This document shows positions 38,846 to 52,000 of a DNA stretch of 64,000 bases, piece by piece (position 1 is the stretch's first letter; every line of letters begins with the position of its first letter). The position numbers and the translations under genes were made by a program. The notes under the pieces are model-generated. The model did not search any database and had not been told where the DNA came from. It saw nothing but the letters and a program-made list of their open reading frames with translations. Source of the stretch: Phoronis australis (Eukaryota; Animalia; Phoronida); the NCBI GenBank assembly GCA_002633005.1, contig NMRA01000314.1, forward strand, positions 93,362 through 157,361. Reading direction: 5' to 3'.

Positions 38846-41138
38846 CAGTGGTGGATTTAGGGGGGGGGGGGGGGNCATTCCCCCCCCCTAAAATTCTCCC
38901 AGATATTAGTTGGGAGTTCGGGGTGCGAATTACTGAGTAGCATATGTGCGCACCCAGAGGGTTCGGGGGCGAGTGCACAATGCATTGGCATTGAGCAAAC
39001 CCCGTGTACCGTTTTTTAAGTAATAATGTCCACAAACCCAACAAGAGCAACGCGGAGCGTTGAAATGCGCCCACAAATGCATTGCAAATGGTGTGCTTTT
39101 AGGGTTATTTATTTGTACCATAAAAGTGGCCACTAGATGCCGCAAAAACATACAATCCATCCAAAAACAGGAACATGCCATATTTTCTACAAATCTGTCA
39201 AGGAACTTCAGAGAAACAAAGGAAAATAGAATAAAATGAAATTGTCACTAGTGGGCAAAGTGTCCGTTGGATCCGCCTGAAAGTCGTCGTCGTCTGTTGT
39301 TATCTTCATATAAATACACTAACTAAATTTAATAAAGATCCAGCGGTGGGTTTAAGAGATACAACTGTGGGCGCAAAACAAAACTACCACTAGGAGCCAC
39401 CACAGCAGTCAGTCACCATCATCAAAGGTAGTCTTCACACCGAAAACATGTCTATTTTCAAATGATTTGGTTGATACAGGGGTGAGCGCCAAAAACAAGA
39501 TTTGAAAACAGCAAAAATTGCCACTAGGTGGAGCAAAATACCTCGATTCCATCTAAAAACAGGAATGTAGCGTCATCACACCAATAGATGCCTATATTTA
39601 AAATTCTATGAAAATCTGTTGAGGACCTTTGAAGATACAGAGTTAAACGTAAAAAACTAAAATTGCCACTAGGGCGCACAGCAGTAGTCAGATCTGTCCG
39701 AAAGTCGTCGTCGTCCGTAGTCAACATCATATAAGTACAATTGCTAAATTAAGTAAAGATCCTCCAAACAGTTTAGCCGTCCACTTCATAGTAAAAGCAT
39801 ACATTCTAATTTTCACAATTATCCTGAAAACGGTTTGGTTGATAGATTAGTGGACGCCAAAAAGCTCGAAAACAGTAAAAATGGCCACTGGGTGGCGCAA
39901 ACTAGGTCAAATTTATCTGAAAATGGAGAGATAGTGACACCTCATTAATAGATGCCTATATGCCAAATTTTATGAAAATTCGATGAGAACCTTTGAAGAT
40001 ACAGACTGAAGTAAACGTAAAAAAACAAAATTGCCACCAGGTGGCACACCAGTTGTCAGAACTGTCCGAAAGTTGTCGTCGTCTGTTGTTAACATCATAA
40101 AAATATACTTACTAAATTACATCCGTCCTCTTCATAGTAAGAATATACATGCCAATTTTCACAATCCTCCTTTGAGCAGTTTGGTTGATAGAGGGGTGGA
40201 CGCAAAAAACAGACTCGAAAACAGTAAAAACGGCCACTAGGTGGTGCAAACTACGTCAAATCCATCCGAAAAGGGGAGGATAGCTCACTAATAGGTGCCT
40301 ACATACCAAATTTCATGAAAATCCGTTAAGGACTTTTGAAGATACAAAGGTAAGCCTAGAAAATAAAATAAAATTGCCACTAGGTGGCATACCAGTTGTC
40401 AGATCTGTCCGAAAGTCGTCGTCCTCTGTTATTAACATTATATAAATGCCCTTACTAAATTTAGTAAAGATTATGCACACGGTTTAGGAGATACAGGCAT
40501 AGGCGCAAAAACAAAACAAAACAAAACAAAACTGCCACTAACAGGCGCCACAGTAGTCGAAGTCATCGGAAAATCATCGTCAGCTGTCGACTTTATAGTA
40601 AGAACATACATGCCAATTTTCACAATCATCCATTGAGCGGTTTGGTTGATAGAGGGGTGGACGCAAAAAAAGACTCGAAAACAGTAAAAATGGCCACCAG
40701 GTGTCGCAAACTACGTCGAATCCATCCGAAAACGGGAGTATGGCTTCACCTCACTAATAGGTGCCTATACACCAAATTTTATGAAAATCCCTTCAAGACT
40801 TTTGAAGATACAGAGGTAAACGTAAAAAACTAAAATTGCCACTAGGGGGCACACCGGTAGTCGGATCCGTTCGAAAGTTCGCTCATGCCGTCCCATCCAC
40901 AGAAGGAACACGTGCAAAATTTCATGACCACGCGTCAAGGCGTTTTGGAGACAGAGCAGCGGACGCCGGACGGACGGACGGAGATGACGGCATAATGCGT
41001 CAACAGATAAATATGTGGGCGCATAAAAATTCGAGACCCCTGCATCCCTACAATTAAGGCTGGGCGCGCTCATATGGCGAAATTCTGGTTCTTCCATTGC
41101 CCTGGCCCCCCTAACTCAGAATCCTGGATCCGGCCCTG
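38846..41138. mobile_element. Same MITE family, split by the HINE insertion
   Basis: CAGTGGTGGAT...ATCCGGCCCTG with TSD AATGC; the two halves rejoin to match the reverse complement of 36639-36955. Confidence 0.85.
39042..41026 (-). mobile_element. Non-autonomous Helentron-derived element (HINE / pearl-like) with internal tandem repeats
   Basis: Subterminal inverted repeats ATGCGCCCAC (39065-39074) and GTGGGCGCAT (41015-41024); terminal stem-loop CAACGC-GGA-GCGTTG (39048-39062); (GGAC)n microsatellite near 40968-40982; internal ~150-bp subunits marked by TTGCCACTAG; inserted in an A run without a TSD. Confidence 0.8.
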
Positions 41139-42173
41139 AATGCCACAGTAGTAGAAAGTCATGCTGAACAATCACGAATCGATTGCAATTAAAATGTTGT
41201 ACCAGTTAAATATGTATTTTAGAGGAGATGAACCAAGTGTTATTTTATACGAACGGTAAGTCGTTCTTGAAAGTAAAGCTTCTAATGTATATTTAGATTT
41301 TAATTGTTCCTGTACCCCTCCAATGTGTCACTAACGCCACACGCTGTGTGAAATAAAATGCATTATTGCATTTTTAAAATTACTCAAAGTGAGCCAATAA
41401 CCGGAGCACTGTCTATGCCTAATTACGCAACTCGGGGGCATGCGCCTATATGCGGGTAAAAATCTTGCGAAAAAACCGCAGTGATCCGCATGAAGGCGCA
41501 TGGACCTAATTGCGGGCTATACGGTACGAGCTGAAGGTCGGCGATAGGAAAATATTGTAGTGTTCGGAGCACAACAAGGAGTATAATACAATTCTATGTT
41601 GCTCCTTGCTCAGTCTTGCACTATGTACATTCTGCATCACACAGCTCAACCAGTGTCAACAACAAAATTTATGCATTATGTAATGAAAATGAAAAAATCG
41701 TTATCTTTTATTTCCTCATTTAATCTAATCTTATATCCTCTCTCACCTTGCGTCTTGCATTAATACAGTGTACTTTTATTGTGTTAATGTTTAAAAGAGG
41801 AAACACCATGGATAAAGTTTGGAATCTGGGTATGCACCAGGCCAAACTGCACCACCCCTCGTGGGATGAGATGTTCAACTATTTAATTTGTTCCTAGACA
41901 TTTATGTTGCAGATCAGCTCAAGGGCTTTCATTTTAAACATAATTTGTTACAATTGCAATTGTTTTTTTGGCGTTTCCATACTTCATAAAGACTCTCCCA
42001 TCCTTACAATCGAGCAAAACGTGCAGCAAATTGTCAGTCATTTGGAAAAAAAATTTGACTTTTTACCTTACGACTTATTAAAGCAAGCTACCAAAGCGCC
42101 ACCTTTTAGGCAGTGCACTTAACGTGTGGAAGCCTCCTATGTACACTGGTTGGTGATGGCATTATAACAACAA

Positions 42174-42328
42174 GCCTCCCGTTCAGTAACGCTAGGACCT
42201 CGCTAAAAAGCAAGACTTCGCGAGATTACGTGGGATATTACCGTGCATTCTAATTGAGAACACGTGACTTTGACTAGGTTTTAGCTAGGTCCTAGCGTAG
42301 GTCCTAGCGTCTACTGAACGAACGCCAG
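42174..42328. mobile_element. CTAGGACCT-family MITE copy
   Basis: Closely similar to 1521-1677. Confidence 0.8.
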
Positions 42329-43001
42329 CTCTACCTCACAGATGGACACAGGTGTTGGAATAAAAGCCATTATGAATCCCACTTGTGTCAGAGAAGTGAT
42401 CGTTGATTTAAACCACTTACTCGAAAAATACAAAATTATGTTACACTTGGCATGCTTTCAGAGCTTAACATGATCTGACAGGTTGCAGTTTGCTGGATAC
42501 CTGTCAAATACTCGGGTTCAACTACATCTCGTGTGAGGAGCTTGCACTCCAGTGCTAAGAGGTTGTCATCAAGAAACAACCCGAGACCAACATAACAGTA
42601 ACTAGTCCAGATCAAAAGTCGTTTTTTACAGTCTCATTGAACTCAAATATTCTGTATTCAAAGAATAAAAAGAACTGTAAATGAGCTTCATCAACTGCCC
42701 ATCTTTAAGTAAGCCTATGATTATAGATCGACGAAGATAAAACAACAGTCGTGCATGTACATAGATGTATTCAAAGCAAAATATCTGTATTAAAAAGGAG
42801 CAATTATTGCCACACCTCATAATTTCATTTTACAGAACAAGATTTCTCGCACCAAACCCGACAGCCTCCATGCGTACAGCTGTAAACACATCCATTCAAT
42901 TCTCATATATACTCTTTTCATCGTATTTTTTTCTGTTTTCATCAGCCAACAATGGGTATTCCAATTAATCTTCCAGTTCCAAATGTCTACATCACGTGTT
43001 G

Positions 43002-43084
43002 TTAATCTTCATCGCCATCTTCTTCCTTGACCTTCTTCTTCTTCTTTTTCTTCTTCTTTTCTGATGAAACATCTTCTATTTCTT
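43002..43084 (-). CDS. NOP58: NOP58 terminal coding exon ([10 protein letters not shown](n)VKEEDGDED*)
   Basis: tttcag| acceptor; in-frame TAA at 43004-43002; K/E/D-rich tail typical of NOP56/NOP58. Confidence 0.85.
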
Positions 43085-46000
43085 CTGAAAAAAGTTGAAG
43101 AATTCATTTAAGGGGAAACAATTTTCAACCCTTTGGAATATGCAGTTTCGGATTTTGGCTCATGGTTTTGATTTGCTTTGCTTAGTTATTTTTTCACTTA
43201 AGACAGCACCCCAAATGGTACGGTTCTAAAGGTCTTTATTAATATCATAAAAGTTTCAACTATGCGGCACAAAATACATCACATTCATCGGGAAATGAGA
43301 TGGCATTTTTGTCTTCTCTTTAAAAATATTTGCTGAACTTCATGAAAACCCATCAAGGGACTCAGAAGATACAGTAAATAAAATTACTAGAATTGCCACT
43401 AGGCGGCAGTCAGATCAACCACCTCTTTCATGTCATTAAACATGGTGTTCAGAGTAAACCAGTAATTTATTATAAAGACACTTGTGTCACAGAACCTTCA
43501 AAACATCAGAGAAGAGGACTGTTAGTCAGGCCATCCCTAGTGTTGGCACCATTTGTTAAAACAGAAGAATGTAATGACCCTGCGCGCTGAGCTCAAGAAA
43601 TCGATCAAACTATGACACTCAATAAGGAACAAGTATAGATATGATTCAGAGGATGTAGCCTAGGTCAAAATACACTTTTGACACAGCGTCAGCACCTTTA
43701 AGAACCTCTAAGCTTAAATAACACCAAAACACCCACCAGGTGTCTCTATAGTCGTGTCTGCTTCTTCTTTTGACTTCTTTTTCTTCTTCTTCTTTTCTGA
43801 CTTGGGTGTCTCTGCATCTGTAACCAAGACAACTAGCCATCAGAAATGTAAAGATCATTAATAACAAAATAATGAGTGGGTCTCGACTGTAGGAGCTAAG
43901 TTTGTGAACAAGAGCAACTCTATCCGAAAACAAGAGGATAGCGTAATCTCATTGATAGACGACTATATCCCAAATTTTATGAAAATGTGTTGAGGACCTC
44001 TAAAGATACAGAGGTTAACGTAAAAAAATATAATTGCCACTAGAGGGTGCACCAGCAGTCCCATCCCTGAGAAAGTAGTGGTCGTCTGTTGTGTACATCA
44101 TATAAATACACTTGCTAAATTTAACAAAGATCCTGCAAACGGTTTAGGAGATACAGCCATGGGCGCAAAAAAAAACAACTGCCACTAGGAAGCGCCACAG
44201 TAGTCAAAGTTGTCGGAAAGTCATCGTCAGCCATACTTTTCATAGTAAGAACATACATGCAAATTTTCACAATCACCCTTAGAGCGGTTTGGTTAATAGA
44301 GGGGTGGACGCCAAACAATAGATTCGAATACAGTAAAAATGGTCACTAGGTGGCGCAAACTACGTCAAATCCATCCGAAGACGACAGGATAGTGTCAACT
44401 CACTAACAGATGCCTAAATTCTAAATTTCGTGAAATTACGTTGAGGACCTCCGAAGATACAGAGGTGAGCGCAAAAAACTAAAATTGCCACTAGGGGGCA
44501 CACCCGTAGTTGGAGAGGTCCAACGTCAGTCGTCAGCTTGACAGGAACACAGGGTTTAGGAGATACAGCTGCAGACGCCAGACGCACGGACGTCCAGACA
44601 GAGATGACAGCAATATGCGACCACATACAAATGTGTGGGCGCATAAAAAACAGGAATGTGTTGTCTTTTTAATAGAAATATTATTGCCAAATTTCATGAA
44701 AATGCAACAAAGAGCTTGGTAGAAAGAGGCACAAACAAAGAAAAGCTAAATTGCCACTAGGGGGCTCCACAACACTTTGACCAGTCTGAAAATCAACGTT
44801 AGCTGTGCTCATTTCAACAGGAACACAAACTTCATGATCTTTTAAAGGGTTTAGCAGACAGACCGACAGGCGAACACCAAAGCAGATACAAAAATAATGA
44901 AAATGACCACAAAGAGAGAAGGGAGCAGATCAAGTCTGAAAATGGAAAGGTGTCCCCGTCGTCTGAATAGCAGAAAATTAATCGTCAAATGACTCGACAG
45001 ATATAGGGGCCACCATGAAAAATACTAAATTGTCATTAGGGGCACAGCATCAGTGGCTCACGCAATCCTATCTCTATAAGGAACATGTCTTCACTTGTAT
45101 GTTGATGGAACCAACGTCACCGGAGAAATAAACTAAGTAACACCAGGGAGTACATAATCTGAACAGTAAAACAGCGCTGTCTGCTTGAACGTATCATAAC
45201 CAGTTTACATGAGACTGCAATTGGCGGCGCGATTTGGCTTAGCCACATGTTCTTTTTTCAGTGCAAGTGTCTGCATAAAAGCGAGTAACATTAGATGCTT
45301 TTGACACCTAATGCACCAGTTTGCTTCACTTAATCAGCAGGTGTTGCAGAGTTTACTTAACCTAAGTGTTATACTAAGTAACATGCTGTGTAAACACACC
45401 GGGGGGCACACGGCTAAGTGGGTCAATCTTTCCCTTAGCACATGATCAGGATATTATCAACTACAAAAGAGCTTATCAGAAATGAGACAGATTTTTTATG
45501 AAAATAAAATCAAAAGGAGAAAGTAACTTTAAAGATTCATCAGTCAGAGTAAGGATAAGACATCAAAGTTCTATCGCCTTGTACCTTCTTCAACTTTGAT
45601 TTTCTTCGTCTCCGTCTCTTCAGCGGCAGCGGAATCTTCAAACTTGCGTTTCTTTGGTGCTGTTGGAAGTGTAGAGTCAGCAGACGTGTCGTACGTTTTC
45701 ACCTCACTAAGGGAACCAAGCGGTCAAATTAAGCACTCCACAATACAGACACGCATCACAACTAAAGACAAGATCAAGGTATGATGCTAACCACTGCCAT
45801 GGTTACCGCCATGGTACTGTCATGGTAACCGTCCAAACGAATGGCAATCTCGACAGTTCAGACTACTACCCAAATGCCTGTAAAATCACTGAACAATAGC
45901 AGCGCATTACCCAGTGGGACAGCCAATCCACTGAACACCTGCTGTTATCTCACACACAAGAATGTTAAGAGAGAAGTTAACTTATTTCAATTAACTTAGA

Positions 46001-49000
46001 ATAAGTAACGTCAGGCCGCCTCTCAACATGGGGATAGCTCAGTGACCAAAGGGAAATACGGCAGTTTTTGATGCTGTGTCAAGAAAAAATAAAGAGCCCT
46101 GGATATCTAGAAAATAGATTTTCTGTGTTAATTACTGTCCCCCTGGTGTGCAGCAATGAAAAGAGATGTAAACATCACGACAAAGGGCCCACATCTTGGG
46201 TCTACGTTCACCTCCATTCAAGAAACATAATACCCTACTGGTCAATCATGTTTACGCAATAAAAATGAATGCAATACCAAGATGCAGGCCTTTCATCGGG
46301 ATATTTAGGTCACTTTCTATTGTCCCACGCATAGAAGACACTTACCACAAGAACAGTAATCGACATGCATAAAAGCTTTGCTTTCCTTTTGAAGTAATAC
46401 ACAGTGAAAAACAAGGTTTGCTTTCCTTTTGAAGTAGTACACAGAGAAAAACAAGGTTTGCTTTCCTTTTGAAGTAGTACACAGTAAAAAACAAGGTTTG
46501 CTTTCCTTTTGGAGTAGTACACAGTAAAAAACAAGGTTTGTTTTCCTTTTGAAGTAGTACACAGTGAAAATCAAGCTTTGCGAAAACCTAAGTTACAGTT
46601 CCTACTATTCAGTTCAAGCCAAAATCAATATTCACACCACAACACAATAGCTCGGACTGAAAGTGGAAAAAATGGGGTAACATGAACAATACAAAACACC
46701 ACTGACTCTAACATCAGTGAAAATGGTCACCTAAATTGGTACAGTTGGCACCAGACAGTGGAGGCAGTGTGTGGCCTAGTGCGGAAGTGTCTGCTTCCTT
46801 ACTCAAGGTCGTGGGTTCGAGTCCCACTAGGGCACACTGCTAGACCCCGAGGCAGGCATATTTATTAATAAAGCAAAAAAATGAATTCAGGTGATCTGTG
46901 GAATGGGCTCACCTGAGCAGCGGTCTGGTACACGTGTACTAGACAGCTTGCAATTATTTGTTAAATGAGAAGCGTTTTGACATCTATTTCAGAGCAACGG
47001 AAGGGATACACATTATTTGTTAAATGAGAAGCGTTTTGACATCTATTTCAGAGCAACGGAAGGGATACACATTATTTGTTAAATGAGAAGCGTTTTGACA
47101 TCTATTTCAGAGCAACGGAAGGGATACACATAAAATGAGCATTATGATATTTCGTAAAATCGCTTAGTTTTAAGCTACCTGTCGCCATCTGACTTGAATA
47201 AAATCTGTTACCAAATTTGCAAAGACAAACTACAGAGAGTGTCTTTACAAGTTGTAGACGGTTTTGTAATCAAACAGCACAATGACTTCTTTAAAGAGGC
47301 ATGGAATGTGAAAGCTTGTCACAAATATCTTTTAAACAATCCCTNATGGAAAAAGGTTGCCTTCGCCTTTAATAAAGCAAAAAAATGAATTCAGGTGATC
47401 TGTGGAATGGGCTCACCTGAGCAGCCGTCTGGTACACGTGTACTAGACAGCTTGCAATTATTTGTTAAATGAGAAGCGTTTTGACATCTATTTCAGAGCA
47501 ACGGAAGGGATACACATAAAATGAGCATTATGATATTTCGTAAAATCGCTTAGTTTTAAGCTACCTGTCGCCATCTGACTTGAATAAAATCTGTTACCAA
47601 ATTTGCAAAGACAAACTACAGAGAGTGTCTTTACAAGTTTTAGATGGTTTTGTAATCAAACAGCACAATGACTTCTTTAAAGAGGCATGGAATGTGAAAG
47701 CTTGTCACAAATATCTTTTAAACAATCCCTCACAAAAGTACTATCCCGCAACATCTATTACAGAGTTATTCACTTCCAGTGAGGAAATTTCCAGACAAAA
47801 ATCACAAAATTCACGATTTTTGAAATACATGCGAAGGAAAAACAGTGTTGTTACCACAGAATTTCTAATCTACCTCCCACTTATTCTTGAAGTAACTTGT
47901 GGTCAAAGGTCACATTTTCCATATAAAGGATATGTGCTACGTCTATGTCTTGCCATACCAAATAAGACGTGCTTTGCCTTGTGGGAGAAAAATCAACGAA
48001 GTGGCGAGTAGCTGATAGACTGTTTTTTGAAATTTGAAACTAAAAGGAAATGTTTTGATATCAACAGAAATTAAACATCTCTACGAGCAAACCCTAAAAA
48101 TACCTGGTGTGCAGACTGCAGTGGCAGTCAGTTCATCACATTCCGGGCCTCTTTAAAGATCAATGAACTGTTTACACTAGTCTTACCTCTTGTTCTCGTA
48201 TTTTTCCCATTTCGCTTTCTGTTTACCAGAACCACTGAAGTACCGTGACTGAAGCAAAAAATAACCGGTAAGTTAACCCAGTCACCATCTACGCGCACCA
48301 TGTGACAAACACGGAAATCAAAAGTTGAGGAACGTGCATTTGTGAACGGGTTTTACATCCACTTACAATACATTAACATAGTTCACACTAGAATGCATTA
48401 CAGCGTTCAGATTACACGCACTGTCACTGGGAACACAAATATCACAAAGCACCTCCCGATGGACCGACAGGGACAGTTGTTGCAGCAAAGAGAACAAACC
48501 CGATACAGTGGCCCAGTCCTGCAGGACGCCGGACACAAGCTTCACAACCAAAACTTATCTTGACCCAATACTCACCCCCTGTTCCTCTAGCTGCCTCATC
48601 CGTGCCTCTAATTTAGCCCTGTGTGTCACTCCCAAGTCTGTGTTTGTCTCCTCACCTAGTGCATCCACTCGCACAGCAAGAGATGTTTTGGCCGCCAACA
48701 TTCGAGACATCTACAAGAGAAAATGTTACGTACAACGGCAAACACGAGCAAAAACACAAAAAATCACAATGCAAGTCCTAGCGGTTCTCTTGTTTCAATG
48801 CCATCAAGAACAAAATGAAATTAATTATGACTGATTTTCCCATATAACTTCATCCTTGAGTTTTATTTCAACAGGGCAGAAACAAAGAAGCTTCAGTGGC
48901 AATGACGGTTATAAAATAACAGGGAAACTCAAGTCTGAAACGAATGTCAGGAATTCTGGGTTTTAACAGTCGTGAACAGTGAACTTTGACTGTATAGACT

Positions 49001-52000
49001 GCCTTGAAAACACTTGAAAAGATTACCAAGAGATGAATACAGAAATTGACAGGTTACTGCATAGACCACTATTTACAATTAAACTAAAACAGACAAGTGA
49101 ATCATGCAAATCAACATTAAACATAAACCACTAACCTTGCCCTTGTTCTTGGTATTAGCCTGTCCCACCAGAGAGGCGTGGTAGATCAAACCATATTTGG
49201 GCGTGTCGTGTTTAGTCTTAAGGGCCCTGAAGAGCGCCTTCTCAGCACCCAGGATCTGCACTGTGGAGGCGGGGTGTTTGGCCAGATTAATGAGGGAGCC
49301 CGCATGGGCAATGAGTCGTGCCCCGACCAGCTCACCCACCAGTATGGTCAGGTTGGGAGCGATAGCCATCATTCTGTTCTTCAAGTAATCATAAAGCTGG
49401 GCTCTGTAGTCCGTGATCTCCAGCACCTGCAATAAGGAAACGGCGGATACAGTCTAACATAAGGCAGTGCTGATTAATGGCAAGTTATCACCGTACCACA
49501 CCACAAATCTACACCAGGTGTATTGAGGTTGTCAGCTTAACCTATGTAATGTGCGTACATTTGAGTACTTAACACCAAGTGTATTGAAGTTGTCAGCTTA
49601 AGCTATGTAATGTGCGTACATTTGAGTACTTAACACCAAGTGTATTGAGGTTGTCAGCTTAACCTATGTAATGTGAGTACATTTGAGTACTTAACACCAA
49701 GTGCATTGAAGTTGTCAGCTTAAGCTATGTAATGTGCGTACATTTGAGTACTTAACACCAAGTGTATTGAGGTTGTCAGCTTAAGCTATGTAATGTGCGT
49801 ACATTTGAGTACTTAACACCAAGTGTATTGAAGTTGTCAGGTTAAGCTGAAGACAGTGCATACATTTGAACACTTAAGACAGTTCAGCCATGTTCTACAT
49901 CATACAGAGCAACATAGATACGCAATGATACCTCTAGCGGGTGCAAAGCGAGCCGGAAAAGCTCTCTTCAATAGAACACTCCTGGCACCTAGGTTAGGGA
50001 GGCAAATAACAAGGGACACATTAACAATAGAAAGACCACTAGGGGACGCAACGTAGGACAAATCCATCTGAGAAAGAGCCGGTGACAGTCTACGTGATTG
50101 TAGCTTAGTCACCAAGTTTCATGAACTTAGTGGATATCAAGGCAAACGCACAGCAATACAAAATTGTCACTAGGCAACAAAGTAGTAGTCTTATTTGTCC
50201 CAAATCCACATACACTAGTTGTACTGTCCTTAACAGAAACACATGCCTAATTTCATAAAATTCAGCAAGGATTTTATACTGCACCATAGGCAAAAAATAA
50301 ATAAAATATAATAAAAATCCAGAAATGAGGATATGAAACATATACTTGGTATTTTTTTACATTGAGGTTAGGTTTTGTACTAACTCAAAATAACAGCACA
50401 GTCAGTCTACACAGTGTGGTGACATCAGCACAAACAGTGTGGTGATGTCAGCACAGTGTGGTGATGTCAGCACAGTGTGGCGATGTCAGCACAGTGTGGT
50501 GATGTCAGCACAGTGTGGCGATGTCACCACAGTGTGGTGATGTCAGCACAGTGTGGTGATGTCAGCACAATGTGGCGATGTCAGCACAATGTGGTGATGT
50601 CAGCACAGTGTGGCGATGTCACCACAGTGTGGTGATGTCAGCAGTGTGGTGATGTCAGCACAGTGTGGTGATGTCAGCACAATGTGGTGATGTCAGCACA
50701 GTGTGGTGATGTCAGCACAATGTGATGTCAGCACAGTGTGATGTCAGCACAGTGTGGTGATGTCAGTACAATGTGGTGTGATTGATGACAGCTAAGAACT
50801 CGGGGAACACTGCTTGGTAACAAAGTGCCTCCTCACCTGTTCACACAGGTACTTCACGTTGATTATGTCTTCCTCTGACACCTCTGTCCCCATGGAGATC
50901 TCAGCTGCCTCTTTCACCTCCTGTTCCACCTCCTCAGGTAAGATGTGTGACAGATCTGTTGACGAGGTCTTTACACGATCACCTACAACCACAGTACAAG
51001 TGCATCAAGTACAGAGCATATCACTCATAAACAGTTTTCTCAGTACAGCATGAGACAAGAAACCTGTGTGATCACTTGGCAACCACTTATGATTAAAAAA
51101 TTCAACAGGAAACATTTTCTTGGCTTGCCCAAATATCAAACTCCCAGTAGGGAGTGGCACACTAGTCAATGTGTCCACAAATCGCCAACTATGCTCTTCC
51201 TACTAGGAACACGTTAACCAATTTTCATAATTCTTAGAATGCTTTGACCAATAGAGAGATGGATGCCAAAAACTGACTAAACTGTAATAGAAAACAGCCA
51301 CTAAAAGGAGTACATTATGTCAAATCCGTATGAAAATGAAAAAGTGTCGTCTCATTAATAGGAACCTATTTGCCAAATTCCATAACAATCTACCAAGGAC
51401 CTCCAAAAACACAGCGGAAAACAGAGAAAAAAGAAATTGCCACAAAGGTGCACAGCAAGAGTCGGATTCATCTGAATGTTATAGACATCTGTTGTCACTT
51501 CCATACAAATACTCTCACCAAATTTAACAATCCTGGAGGGATTAGGAGATACAGCTACAGGCACAACAAAAACAAAACTGCCACTAGGAGGCACCACAGT
51601 AGTTGGTGCCATCCAAAAACCATCGTCCTCTTCTTGGTATGAAGATATATGAAGATATATGTCAATTTTCATTATCATCCTATGTGTGGTTTGGCTGCCA
51701 GAGAGGACACCAAAAACAGACTCAAAAATAATAAAAATGGCCACAAGGTAGCGTGCACTAAGCCAAATCCATCTAAAAATAGAAAGATGTCATTGCCCTC
51801 ATTGACGGGGGTTATAATCAGCCAACACTCACCAAACTCCACAGTTGATGCAAGTTAGAACTGCTAGACAAAAAAGTTGTTCACTCTGCAGCAGTCTGTA
51901 ATTAGTTTGCTTGCCTAGTAAGCTACTTAAAGGCTTGAATCAGCTACAAACCTGTCTTTGTGGAACAAGTGAGCTTCTGATTTAGACTACTTACCACAAT

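Noticed and set aside
45476-45543. Possible C/D snoRNA on the minus strand (CTGATGA...CTGA)
   Set aside because: No purine before box C, no terminal stem, and an AT-rich interior with no recognisable rRNA guide.
47194-48011. Duplicated ORFs beginning [11 protein letters not shown]
   Set aside because: Non-ATG starts spanning an assembly duplication and a MITE, antisense within a NOP58 intron.
48133-48139. Perfect box C GTGATGA on the NOP58 sense strand
   Set aside because: Lies at the terminal inverted repeat of the Kolobok-like element; no matching guide or stem.
48508-51053. Plus-strand ORFs over NOP58 exons
   Set aside because: Antisense shadows of real coding exons.
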